DNA of 33,958 bases, from contig JASFUR010000001.1 of NCBI GenBank assembly GCA_050050215.1, positions 1 through 33,958 on the forward strand, read 5' to 3'. Each line of letters starts with the position of its first letter. The stretch's first letter is position 1. The notes beneath the pieces are model-generated. The model saw nothing but the letters and a program-made list of their open reading frames with translations, was not told the origin of the DNA and ran no database searches. Made by a program: the position numbers and the translations under genes. Below, one piece after another: positions 1 through 9,078 of this stretch. This DNA is from Gemmatimonadota bacterium (GTDB taxonomy: Bacteria > Gemmatimonadota > Gemmatimonadetes > Longimicrobiales > Gaopeijiaceae).

Positions 1-1856
1 ACGACGAGGAGAACTCCCTCGTCTTCGTCACGACCCCCGCCAGCGTCCGGACCGACTGGACGTTCGCCAACGACGCCAGCGGCGCGCCGAATCAGCGGTG
101 GGACACCTACTGGGACGCCGAAGGCAGACTCACAGACTACGGATGGTCGGCCGAGGTCCGCATTCCGTTCACGAGCATGGGCTACCAGGTGGTGGACGGG
201 CAGGCCGTCATGGGCTTCTCCGTCACGCGCACCATCGTGCGGAACGCGGAGTCGATCGTGCATCCGCGCATCGCCCCGGATTGGGGTCCGGGTGGGGTGG
301 CGAAGCCGACCCAGATGAGGAAGATGGTGATCACGGGCCTGGGGGAGCCGAGGAAGCCCGTGTATCTGACGCCGTACGCGTTGGGTGGCGGCGGCCTGAC
401 GACCTCCCTCGATTCCGCGGGTGACGCCTACGATCGCGACACGCGGCGCGTCACCGAGGTGGGTGGTGACCTGAAGTACGCCATCACGCGGAACCTCAAC
501 CTCGACCTCACGGCGAACACCGACTTCGCCCAGGTCGAGGCCGACGACCAGCAGGTGAACCTCACGCGCTTCTCCCTCTTCTTTCCGGAGCAGCGACGCT
601 TCTTCCAGGAGCGGAGCGGGATCTTCGAGGTCAACCTCGGCTCCAACGAGCGCCTCTTCCACTCGCGCCGCATCGGCCTGGTGAACGGGGCTCAGATCCC
701 CATCTACGGGGGTGCGAGGGTGGTCGGGCGGGTCGGAGACTGGGACGTGGGCTTCCTCGACATGCAGGCCGAAGGCACCGAGACGGTCGCCTCGGAGAAT
801 CTCGGAGTGGTGCGCCTGAGGCGGCGCTTCCTGAACGACGCCTCCTACGTCGGCACCATCGTGACCAGTCGACTCGGTGCCGACGGGGGCTCCAACGTCC
901 TCTACGGTGCCGATGCGTCCATGCGGGTGTTCGATCAGGACTACCTCACCGTGAACTGGTCGCAGAGCTTCGACGACGCCGACCCGTCCGGGGTCGACGC
1001 CCTCGACCGCAGCCTGGTCCGCGCGAACTGGGACCATCGCGGAACCGACGGCCCCACGTACGAGGCGAGCGTGGTGCGCGCCGGCGCGGCCTTCGAGCCC
1101 GGCATGGGCTTCCTGCGACGCCGTGACTACGTGCGCGGCTTCGCGCGGGCCGGCTACGGATGGCGCCCGGGGGCCGGGTCGGCGCTGAACCGGTTCGGCT
1201 TCGACTTCAACGGCAACCTCGTGCGCCGCAACGACGACGGGTCGGCCGAGTCGGCCTCGTACGGCCTCAGCGGATCCCTGCAGACCCGCGGGGGACATCA
1301 GCTGCGCATGGACGTCAATCGGAGCTACGAGGACCTGCTGGTCCCCCTTCGGCTGTCCACGCACGTCTCGGTACCGGTCGGATCGTATTGGTTCACGGAC
1401 GCGAGCCTCTCGTACAGTCCATCGCAGGGGAGTCGGTTCCGGCCGGGCGCGAGCCTCCAGATCGGCCACTTCTACGACGGCGGACGGATCTCGGTAGGCT
1501 TCTCACCAGCCTGGTCGGTCTCCCGGCTGGTGCGCCTCGGCGCCACGTACGAGCTCGACCACATCGACTTCGCCGATCGCGAGGTGACGTTCACGTCCCA
1601 TATCCTTCGGATGCGGACGGAGTTCACCTTCTCGACGAAGACGTCATTTTCGGCGTTCGTACAGTACAACAGCAACGAGGATCTCGTGGCCGTGAACGCC
1701 CGCTTCCGGTACAACCCCCGAGAGGGCACGGACCTGTACGTCGTGTGGAACGAATCGCTCAACTCCGATCGCTACGCGCTCGATCCGGTGGCGCCGCTCA
1801 CGCAGCAACGCACGGTGCTCGTGAAGTATTCGCACACGCTCACGTTGGGCCTCTGA
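1..1856 (+). CDS. DUF5916-type (CBM9-associated) outer-membrane/secreted protein, 5'-truncated by the window edge
   Basis: Frame 3 is open from base 3 to the stop at 1854-1856. The track ORF 177..1856 is only the part after the first in-frame Met. The translation has ...GWSAEVRIPFTSM... followed by GGDLKYAITRNLNLDLTANTDFAQVEADDQQVNLTRFSLFFPEQRRFF, which I recognise as the characteristic start of DUF5916 domains. The rest is long and beta-strand-rich. Confidence 0.7.
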   Translation, partial: DEENSLVFVTTPASVRTDWTFANDASGAPNQRWDTYWDAEGRLTDYGWSAEVRIPFTSMGYQVVDGQAVMGFSVTRTIVRNAESIVHPRIAPDWGPGGVAKPTQMRKMVITGLGEPRKPVYLTPYALGGGGLTTSLDSAGDAYDRDTRRVTEVGGDLKYAITRNLNLDLTANTDFAQVEADDQQVNLTRFSLFFPEQRRFFQERSGIFEVNLGSNERLFHSRRIGLVNGAQIPIYGGARVVGRVGDWDVGFLDMQAEGTETVASENLGVVRLRRRFLNDASYVGTIVTSRLGADGGSNVLYGADASMRVFDQDYLTVNWSQSFDDADPSGVDALDRSLVRANWDHRGTDGPTYEASVVRAGAAFEPGMGFLRRRDYVRGFARAGYGWRPGAGSALNRFGFDFNGNLVRRNDDGSAESASYGLSGSLQTRGGHQLRMDVNRSYEDLLVPLRLSTHVSVPVGSYWFTDASLSYSPSQGSRFRPGASLQIGHFYDGGRISVGFSPAWSVSRLVRLGATYELDHIDFADREVTFTSHILRMRTEFTFSTKTSFSAFVQYNSNEDLVAVNARFRYNPREGTDLYVVWNESLNSDRYALDPVAPLTQQRTVLVKYSHTLTLGL

Positions 1857-1909
1857 TCGGCACACCCCCGACCCCGGGTCCCCTCGGGCCGACGCCGGCG
1901 TAGACGCGT

Positions 1910-2521
1910 ATGCACCAGCTCCTCGCCTGGATGGACCGGCTCGCGAGCCCGACGCTGTATCTCCTTCTCGGCGCCGGCTCGGCCGTCGAGAACGTCTTTC
2001 CGGCGATTCCGGCGGACACCTTCGTGGCCCTGGGCGGTCTCATGTCGGCGATCGGCGAACTGGAGGCGCGCTGGGTCTTCGTGGTCACCTGGCTCTGCAA
2101 CGTGGGCTCCGCCCTCGTGGTGTACCGACTCAGCTACCGGCATGGGCGCGGCTTTTTCGAGTCGGGCTGGGGACGACACCTGCTGAAGCCGTATCAGATG
2201 GACCGCATGGCGGAGTTCTACGACCGCTGGGGGACGCCGGCGCTCTTCCTGACTCGGTTCTTGCCGGGTGTGCGCTCGGTGACGCCGGTCTTCGCGGGTG
2301 TGACGCACCAGGGGTGGCTTCCGGTCGCGCTCCCGATCGCGACGGCCTCGGCGATCTGGTACGGGGGGCTCGTGTGGCTCGGGATGTTCGCGGGCAACAA
2401 CCTCGACCGGCTCGCCTCCCTCCTGGACGACATCAACCTGTGGCTCGGCGTGGTCGCCCTGGTCGTCATCCTGGCGTTGTTCGCATGGTGGTGGCACACT
2501 CGCCATCAACCGCATGACTGA
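1910..2521 (+). CDS. dedA: DedA family (VTT/SNARE-associated domain) inner-membrane protein
   Basis: ATG at 1910. 203 aa with the typical DedA N-terminus (LLLGAGSAVENVFPAIPADTFVALGG), a FLTRFLPGVRSVTPVFAG motif and several hydrophobic helices. Confidence 0.75.
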   Translation: MHQLLAWMDRLASPTLYLLLGAGSAVENVFPAIPADTFVALGGLMSAIGELEARWVFVVTWLCNVGSALVVYRLSYRHGRGFFESGWGRHLLKPYQMDRMAEFYDRWGTPALFLTRFLPGVRSVTPVFAGVTHQGWLPVALPIATASAIWYGGLVWLGMFAGNNLDRLASLLDDINLWLGVVALVVILALFAWWWHTRHQPHD

Positions 2522-3419
2522 CGACCTCCCGGCCTTCCGCTTCGAGCAGTTCCAGGACTACCTGGGCTACGAGCGCGGCCTCTCCGCCCGCACGGTGGCC
2601 GCCTACACGCGGGACCTGACCCGGTGGCGGACGTTCGTGGTCGGGCTCGGCGTGAAGGAGCCGGCCGACGTCACGCCCCGGCAGATGCGCGAATGGGTCT
2701 TCTCGTTGAAGGACGCCGGCCTCGCGCCGACATCGATCCGGCGGGCCCAGTCGGCGCTCCGGACCTACTTCGGCTTTCTGCTGGCCGAGAAGGCGGTCGC
2801 GGCCGATCCGACGGACCGCCTGGAAGCCCCCAGGGTCTCGCGAAAGCTGCCGGAGTTCCTCACGCTCGACGAGGTCGGACGGCTGCTCGACGCCCTGGAC
2901 GACTCCAAGGCCCTCTTCTGGAGGGACCGGTCGATCCTGGAAATGCTGTACGCCACCGGGGTGCGGGTCTCGGAGCTGGTCGAGCTGCCCCTCACGTCGC
3001 TCGATCTCGAGGAGGGCTTCGTGACGGTCTTCGGGAAGGGGTCGAAGGAGCGCCTGGTGCCGGTCGGGGAGCCGGCCCTAAGAGCCGTCGGGCGCTACCT
3101 GCGCGACGTGCGACCGAGGCTCGACAAGGGGAAGGGCGCCGGGCGGGTCTTCTTGAACGCGCGCGGCGGGCCGATGCGGCGGGAGTCGGTCTGGTCGATC
3201 GTGAAGAATGCGGCGAGTCGGGCCGGTATCGCCAAGACCGTCTCACCCCATACGTTGCGCCATACGTTCGCGACGCACCTCGTCGAGGGTGGAGCCGATC
3301 TCGCGGCGGTCCAGGAGCTGCTCGGCCACGCCGACATCGCCACGACCCAGATCTATACGCACCTGGACCGGGACTACCTCCGCGACGTGCACCGTCGCTT
3401 CCATCCGAGGAGCTCGTAA
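2514..3419 (+). CDS. xerD: Site-specific tyrosine recombinase, XerD-like (XerC/XerD family)
   Basis: 301 aa. The N-terminal SAM-like domain has LSARTVAAYTRDL. The catalytic domain has RDRSILEMLYATGVRVSEL...GKGSKERLVPVG...HTLRHTFATHLVEGGADLAAVQELLGHADIATTQIYTHL and ends in HPR, closely paralleling E. coli XerD as I recall it. The ATG at 2514 overlaps the dedA stop by 8 nt. XerD versus XerC cannot be settled without alignment. Confidence 0.85.
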   Translation: MTDDLPAFRFEQFQDYLGYERGLSARTVAAYTRDLTRWRTFVVGLGVKEPADVTPRQMREWVFSLKDAGLAPTSIRRAQSALRTYFGFLLAEKAVAADPTDRLEAPRVSRKLPEFLTLDEVGRLLDALDDSKALFWRDRSILEMLYATGVRVSELVELPLTSLDLEEGFVTVFGKGSKERLVPVGEPALRAVGRYLRDVRPRLDKGKGAGRVFLNARGGPMRRESVWSIVKNAASRAGIAKTVSPHTLRHTFATHLVEGGADLAAVQELLGHADIATTQIYTHLDRDYLRDVHRRFHPRSS

Positions 3420-3425
3420 GCGAAA

Positions 3426-3453
3426 GGCGGGACCCCCGAGTGGGAGCCCCGCC
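3426..3453. terminator. Candidate bidirectional hairpin between convergent xerD and protease genes
   Basis: GGCGGG (3426-3431) pairs with CCCGCC (3448-3453). An inner CCC/GGG helix sits around a GAGT loop. It lies in the 78-nt gap between two convergent stop codons. There is no clear U-tract. Confidence 0.35.
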
Positions 3454-3497
3454 ATCGCGAAGCGTGCTCTACGGCCGTCTCAGCCCGGGGGCCGGTC

Positions 3498-5138
3498 CTA
3501 GAGAGGCACCCCCGACCGATCCCTGGGCGGCTGCGCGCCCGCGGAGGCGGCCCGACTCGCGCTCTCCTCGTCGGCCTCGCGGAATAGGTCGGCCTGGGTC
3601 TGCGCGCCTTGGAGCAGCCGGATCGCTTCGGAGAGCACCCTGTCGCGCTGAGCGCGGATCTCCGCCTCCGCACCGACGTCGTCCATGCGCGTGGCCACCG
3701 CGATCTCGGCCTGCCACCTCAGGTACTCGCGCACCTGGGGATCTTGCAGGAGGTCCTCGGGAAGGCCCTCCTCGCGCAGCGAGGCGATGAATCCCTCGAA
3801 CTCCTCCGGGGTGATCCCCGGGGCACCATCGGTGGCGCGCAACCGGGTGGCGGCGTCGAAGCCGATCTCCTGGAGCCGTTGACCCAGGGGGAACTGACTC
3901 TCGCTCACGAGACGCACGAACTCCTGCTCGGACGTATAGAGCGTGTCGTCCGCCACCGGGTAGTCGGGGAAGATCCCTCCCCCGTTGATCAGGTCCCGGC
4001 CGCCCGGCGTGGTCACGTGCGGGAGCGTGTCGATGTCCTCGGGCAGCGGACGCATCTGATTGTCACGCGGGCGCTGAAGCGAGCGACCGAGCGGAGTGAG
4101 CCACGATCCGGTGGTGAAGCGAAGGCGCCGATCGTGGGGCAGGGCCAGCACGGTCTGCACGACCCCCTTTCCGAACGTGCGCTCGCCCACGACGAGGGCT
4201 CGGTCGTAGTCCTGCAGCGCGCCCGCCAGGATCTCGGCGCCCGATGCGGTATACCCGTCCACCAGGACGACGATGGGCAGATCCGGCACGCGGACCGGCA
4301 TCCGGTCCATGTAGGAGTCCGTCTCGGGATTGTCCACGGAGCCGCCGGCGCGGCGTTGCACCGTGCTCGCCAGCGTGGAGCCTCTCTCCAGAAAGAGATC
4401 GGCCAAGTCCAGCGACTCGTCGAGGAATCCGCCGGGGTTGCGGCGCAGGTCGATGATCAGGCCCGGGGCGTCGGAGTAGTCCTCGAGCGCCTGGCTCATC
4501 TCCTGGGCGGCGCCACGGGCGACCCGGTCCATGATGACGTAGCCGATGCCGTTGCTCAGTGTGCCATGCTGGACCGCGGGCACGTGCACCTCGGCCCGGG
4601 TGATGTCGAAGGCGAGGGGCTGCTCGTAGCCGGAGCGACGGACCCGCACGTTCACGTCCGTGCCGGCCGGCCCGCGAATCGAGTCGGCCGCCGTCTGAGT
4701 ATCCCAGCTGGAGGCGTCGCGGTCGCCGACACCCACGATGACGTCGCCGACCATGATGCCCGCCTGGCTGGCGGGGAAACCCCGGAACACGGCCGTCACC
4801 GTAACCTCTTCGTTGAGCACGGTGATCTGCAGACCGATGCCGGAGTAGTTCCCGGTGGTCTCCTCCTCCCACTCCTGGGACTCCACCGCGGTGAACAGCG
4901 ATGCGTACGGATCGTCGAGGGACTCGATGAGCCCGTCGATCGCGGCCTCCCAGAGCATGGAGTCGCTGAACTCCTGCATATGCATCCGGGAGATGGCGCG
5001 GACGGCATCCGTGATGACTTCCGCCTCTTCGGGGCGGCGAGAGCTCTGCCTGTCGGCCGTCCCCCGGTCCTGCGCGGAGACACCCGGCACGGCGAGTGCC
5101 ATGGCGAGGATCAGTGCTGGAATCGTGCGAATCTTCAT
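3498..5138 (-). CDS. S41 family carboxy-terminal processing (tail-specific) peptidase with PDZ domain
   Basis: The preferred start is the ATG at 5138, giving [23 protein letters not shown], a signal peptide. The track start at 5171 adds 11 aa. Motifs: YSGIGLQI, a PDZ-like [29 protein letters not shown], and [27 protein letters not shown] (S41 Ser/Lys region). Confidence 0.85.
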   Translation of the reverse strand: [546 protein letters not shown]

Positions 5139-5330
5139 ACGGCGCCCTTCGTTCCGTCGGCTGAGTGACACGGATGTTTAACCCCGGCTCTGCAAGCCCC
5201 GTTCCCTCGAAGAAGCATGGCTCGGTCGAACACCCATCGTATGGTCCCGGGCACGAGAAAGGATACCTTTGTCGCATAACCACCCGGGGCCGGTGACGGT
5301 CCCTGAAACACCGATACGGCAACGCCTTCC

Positions 5331-7136
5331 ATGAATCAAGATCCGGCACGGCCGCCGCTCCGGGTGGCGCTCGTCCAGTTCACGCCGAAAAAGGCGGACA
5401 CCAGCGCGAATCTGGGGCGGGTCTCCGACCTGTTGGCGCAGCAGTCGGCGCACGCGGACGTGGTGGTGTTCCCGGAGACCGCGCTGTCGGGCTATTTCCT
5501 CGAGGGAGGGGTCGCCGAGGCCTCCCTCACGGTGGAGCAGGTCGTCGAGGGGCTCGGCGAGCCTCCAGCGGATGCCGCGGACGTCGTCGTGGGATTCTAC
5601 GAGCGTTGGCGTCGGCGCCTGTACAACAGCGTCGTGTACCTGGAGCCGTCCGAGGGCTCGTGGATCGTCCGGCACGTGCACAGGAAGATGTTCCTCCCCA
5701 CGTACGGCGTCTTCGACGAGGCTCGCTTCGTGGAGCCGGGACGCGAGATGAAGGCCTTCGAGACCCGCTTCGGGCGGTTCGGGCTGCTGATTTGCGAGGA
5801 CGCCTGGCACTCGCTTCCCGGGACGATCCTCGCGCTCGACGGGGCCGAGCTACTCCTGGTCGTGAGCGCCTCTCCGGCGCGCGACTTCGCGCCGTCGGGG
5901 GCCGGGAGGCCGGCCAACCTCGACAAGTGGGACCGGCTCGCGCCGGCCATGGCCAGCGAGCACGGCGTATTCGTCGCGGTCGCGCAGCTGACCGGGTCCG
6001 AGGGTGGCAAGCTCTTTCCGGGCGGCTCCGTCGCCGTGGGACCGGACGGACAGATCCTGGCGAGGGGCCCCATTCTGGAGGAAGCGGTGACCGTGGCGAC
6101 ACTCGACGCGTCGGCCCTCGACCGCGTGCGTGTCGCATCGCCCCTTCTCTCGGACCTCGAGCAAGTGGTCCCGCAGCTCCAGCGGTCGCTCGATCGCGTC
6201 ACGGATCACGGCGGCGCGGACGAGGAGGAGACCGACGAGATCGAGGAGCCCGTGGACATGCACCATGCGCTGTCCGGAAGGGGCGAGCCCGCGCCCGCGG
6301 ACGGCACGCTGCACGACCCGCACGCCCTCGACATCGACCTCGATCTCGTGGAGCGCACGTTGATCGAGTTCATCCGGGAGGAGGTGCAGAGGCGTCGCGG
6401 CTTCGAGCGCGTCGTCGTGGGCGTCTCGGGTGGCGTGGACTCGGCCGTCTCACTCGCCCTGGCGTGCCGCGCCCTGGGGTCGGAACACGTGCACGGCTTC
6501 CGGCTCCCCTACCGCACGTCGAGCGAGGAGAGTCTCGAGCATGCGACGCTGGCGCTGGAGGCCACGGGAGCGCAGTCCCACACCATCGACATCAGCGACC
6601 CCATCGACCGGTACGTGGAGGAGTACGAACCCGACATCAGCCCCCTGCGGAAGGGCAACCTGATGGCCCGGCTGCGTGCGGTCGTCCTCTTCGACCAGTC
6701 GGCCAAGCTCGGTGCGCTCCCGCTGGGCACCGGAAACAAGAGCGAGCGCCTGCTCGGCTACTTCACCTGGCACGCGGACGACTCGCCGCCCATCAACCCC
6801 TTGGGAGATCTCTTCAAGACCCAGGTCTGGGCGCTCGCGAGGCATCTCGACGTCCCTGACGTGATCGTCGAGAAGCCTGCCACCGCGGACCTCGTTCGTG
6901 GCGTCACCGACGAGGACGAGCTCGGCGTCTCCTACCACGACGCAGACCCGATCCTGCACTGGCTGCTGAGGGGGTACCGGGCCGACGAGCTGGTCCGGGT
7001 CGGCTTCGATGCACAGGCCGTCGAGCTCGTATCACGACGGCTCCAGTCGACGCATTGGAAGCGGGAGCTGCCGACGGTGGCGGTGCTCTCGTCCAGCGCC
7101 ATCGGCGAGTTCTACCTGAGGCCGGTCGACTACTGA
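5331..7136 (+). CDS. nadE: Glutamine-dependent NAD(+) synthetase (N-terminal CN-hydrolase/nitrilase domain fused to NAD synthetase PP-loop domain)
   Basis: 601 aa. The N-terminal half has the nitrilase-fold pattern (VVFPETALSGY...GLLICEDAWH). The C-terminal half has the PP-loop VVGVSGGVDSAV plus GTGNKSE and the ATAD...DE..LGVSY motifs typical of NadE. Confidence 0.9.
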   Translation: MNQDPARPPLRVALVQFTPKKADTSANLGRVSDLLAQQSAHADVVVFPETALSGYFLEGGVAEASLTVEQVVEGLGEPPADAADVVVGFYERWRRRLYNSVVYLEPSEGSWIVRHVHRKMFLPTYGVFDEARFVEPGREMKAFETRFGRFGLLICEDAWHSLPGTILALDGAELLLVVSASPARDFAPSGAGRPANLDKWDRLAPAMASEHGVFVAVAQLTGSEGGKLFPGGSVAVGPDGQILARGPILEEAVTVATLDASALDRVRVASPLLSDLEQVVPQLQRSLDRVTDHGGADEEETDEIEEPVDMHHALSGRGEPAPADGTLHDPHALDIDLDLVERTLIEFIREEVQRRRGFERVVVGVSGGVDSAVSLALACRALGSEHVHGFRLPYRTSSEESLEHATLALEATGAQSHTIDISDPIDRYVEEYEPDISPLRKGNLMARLRAVVLFDQSAKLGALPLGTGNKSERLLGYFTWHADDSPPINPLGDLFKTQVWALARHLDVPDVIVEKPATADLVRGVTDEDELGVSYHDADPILHWLLRGYRADELVRVGFDAQAVELVSRRLQSTHWKRELPTVAVLSSSAIGEFYLRPVDY

Positions 7137-7137
7137 G

Positions 7138-7159
7138 GGGTCGGCTCGTGCCGACCCCG
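7138..7159. terminator. Perfect 9-bp stem / 4-nt loop hairpin between convergent genes (candidate bidirectional terminator)
   Basis: GGGGTCGGC tcgt GCCGACCCC sits immediately after the nadE stop (7134-7136) and 15 nt from the stop of the minus-strand lipoprotein gene. Confidence 0.55.
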
Positions 7160-7173
7160 GCCGTGGGACCCGG

Positions 7174-7815
7174 TTACTCGTGGATCAGGCGAACGTTGTC
7201 GAAATAGGCGTCGGCCGGGGCGGCGTCCGCGGCGTACGTTCCGGAGCCCTCGAAATCCTCCAGCATCAGGCGGATCGTGCCGTCGGTGGGCACGAAGTAG
7301 TCCGACGGGTGGAAGGAGATCGAGTAGGAGTGCCACGCACCGTCGTCGACCAGGATGTCGGTCACCTGATCCGGCTGCGTGCCCGCGATCCAGGCGAGCT
7401 GCGTCGGGAAGTTCGTGTCGTCGGAGATGCCGATGAAGCCGCCGAGGCCTCCCGGCGGGACCGCAGCCGGGGGAAGCCCGAGGTAGTCGAACGAGAGCGT
7501 GTAGCGGTCGTTGGGCTCGACCGAGAGCGCCGGGCTGAAGATGTCGCCGTTGGCGATCACGTCCGTAAAGCGAACGACATTACCCCCGGTGCCGAGGGGG
7601 TCCGGAACGATCTCGGCGTTGTGGCCCGCCGGACGACCGACCCAGGGCGCGAGTCCCGACTCGAAATCGTGCTCGAAGACGACGTCGATGCCCGGCTCCA
7701 TGGGAGAGCCGTCGCCACAGCTCCCGAGCGTGGCAACGATCGCGACGGTCGAGAGCGCCATGGACAGCGTGCCGCCCATCGCGACCCACCCCAGCACCTT
7801 CCGGTCCTCGTTCAT
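7174..7815 (-). CDS. Hypothetical lipoprotein with a CBM/LamG-like jelly-roll-type domain
   Basis: The preferred ATG at 7815 is preceded by GGGAGG 7 nt upstream. The N-terminus MNEDRKVLGWVAMGGTLSMALSTVAIVATLGSCGDG has a lipobox (LGSC). The C-terminus AYFDNVRLIHE resembles the final strand of carbohydrate-binding or galactose-binding-like modules. Function unknown. Confidence 0.6.
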   Translation of the reverse strand: MNEDRKVLGWVAMGGTLSMALSTVAIVATLGSCGDGSPMEPGIDVVFEHDFESGLAPWVGRPAGHNAEIVPDPLGTGGNVVRFTDVIANGDIFSPALSVEPNDRYTLSFDYLGLPPAAVPPGGLGGFIGISDDTNFPTQLAWIAGTQPDQVTDILVDDGAWHSYSISFHPSDYFVPTDGTIRLMLEDFEGSGTYAADAAPADAYFDNVRLIHE

Positions 7816-7894
7816 CGGCGCCTCCCGAGCGTGTTCGTTGCGGACCTGGATCCACAGTGTCACGGTCGCCACGCGCAGGTCAATCCTCCTCGAC

Positions 7895-8989
7895 TCAGCC
7901 CCCGCGCGTCACTCGCCGCCGCAGCGACTCCATGATGCCCGGAGCCACGGGCGTCAGCTCTCCGTCGATGATCGCGGCGAGCTCCTCCTCCCGCTTCCAA
8001 TGGGCCTCCAGCTCGGCGAGCTCGAGCTCGAGGAGGTGCTGCTCGTTGGCTTCGTTCGTGGCGATCTCCAGAGCGATGCCTCCCGTGCGCTGCAGATCGC
8101 CCAACCGTCGCCCGTCCTTGACCACGATGCGCGCGAGGTCTCGAGGGGACCCCGCCTCCTGGATGAGCCGCGACGCCGACATCACCCGACGCTCGGACGC
8201 GCCGGCGAAGTGATGGTAGGCGAGCACGCGACGGAGCGTGCGCTCCGCATCCTGCCCCTTCAGGCGTAGCCCCCCGTCCCGGTAGGTTCCACAACGATCG
8301 CAGCGCGCGACCAGCTCGATCTCGCCGGGCTCGTCACCGGGGAAGAGGCCCAGCGCGGCCCGCTCACGAAAGGGAATGCGCCTCAGGGGAGCGCCGCAGT
8401 TCTGGCAGCGTTGCTCGCCCTGCCAAGCCGTGCTCCCGAAGCGGAGCCAGCGCGCCCCGTCGCGCACGGTCTCGCTTCCGTGCCCCATGATGAGCCAGGC
8501 GCCGAAGAAGGTCATGCCTCCCGTCGCCCAGCTGCCCACCATGAACGCTCCGGCCGCGAGCGAGCCCGCGAAGCCGAGCTTCTGCCAGTTCTTGCGCCGT
8601 GAGGCGAGCTCTCGTCCGTAGCGCCACCACGCCTCCTCGCCGAGCTCGGCCCGACCGACGCGCACGATCTCCAGCGGGCCGTGTCGGAGCAGGGCGATGT
8701 TGTCGGTCTGCGAGAGCAGGTGCGCCTTGTCCCGCGTGAGCTTCTCGAGCTCCTCGAGCGCCTCCCAGCGCTCCTCGATGGGCGTGAGCGACCAACGTCT
8801 GCACGCGCGGCACACCACCCACAGGCGGCCGCGACCGGGGTCGAAGGCCAATCGCTTCCCCTGAGGAAGGTGTTCGAGCTCCTCGTTGGGCTCGAAGGGC
8901 GTGGCGCAGACGATGCAACGCGTGTACAGGGCGACCTCCGTCGTCCGGTGCGTCGGGCGATATGGAACCTTACCCGCTGCGCGGGGCAT
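7895..8989 (-). CDS. Uncharacterised membrane protein with two CxxC...CxxC zinc-ribbon modules and a C-terminal coiled-coil-like region
   Basis: 364 aa with ATG at 8989. The first ribbon is CIVC...CRAC. A hydrophobic stretch follows (GFAGSLAAGAFMVGSWATGGMTFFGAWLIMG). The second ribbon is CQNC...CDRC. The tail is acidic and helical (EANEQHLLELELAELEAHWKREEELAAIIDGEL). I recognise no family. Confidence 0.6.
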   Translation of the reverse strand: MPRAAGKVPYRPTHRTTEVALYTRCIVCATPFEPNEELEHLPQGKRLAFDPGRGRLWVVCRACRRWSLTPIEERWEALEELEKLTRDKAHLLSQTDNIALLRHGPLEIVRVGRAELGEEAWWRYGRELASRRKNWQKLGFAGSLAAGAFMVGSWATGGMTFFGAWLIMGHGSETVRDGARWLRFGSTAWQGEQRCQNCGAPLRRIPFRERAALGLFPGDEPGEIELVARCDRCGTYRDGGLRLKGQDAERTLRRVLAYHHFAGASERRVMSASRLIQEAGSPRDLARIVVKDGRRLGDLQRTGGIALEIATNEANEQHLLELELAELEAHWKREEELAAIIDGELTPVAPGIMESLRRRVTRGG

Positions 8990-9078
8990 CGGATCCGGTC
9001 ACCGGGGTCGACCCGCGCATTGGAGGCTACGGGGCCCAGGGCTAGATTCTTCGCCGATCACTCCGGCGCCGGCATGCC

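Noticed and set aside
2514-3419. The tyrosine recombinase as an integrase marking a mobile element or genomic island.
   Set aside because: It has a full XerD-like domain organisation and motifs and is translationally overlapped with dedA. It is flanked by housekeeping genes. There are no att-like repeats, tRNA gene, phage or transposon genes, or compositional shift nearby.
5172-5330. A possible NAD+ riboswitch (nadA motif) or other leader RNA upstream of nadE.
   Set aside because: I looked for the conserved ACANCCCC bulge sequence in tandem stem-loops. I found only loose relatives (TTTAACCCCGG, GCAAGCCCCGTT, ACCACCCGGGG) and no convincing paired domains. It cannot be supported without a covariance-model search.
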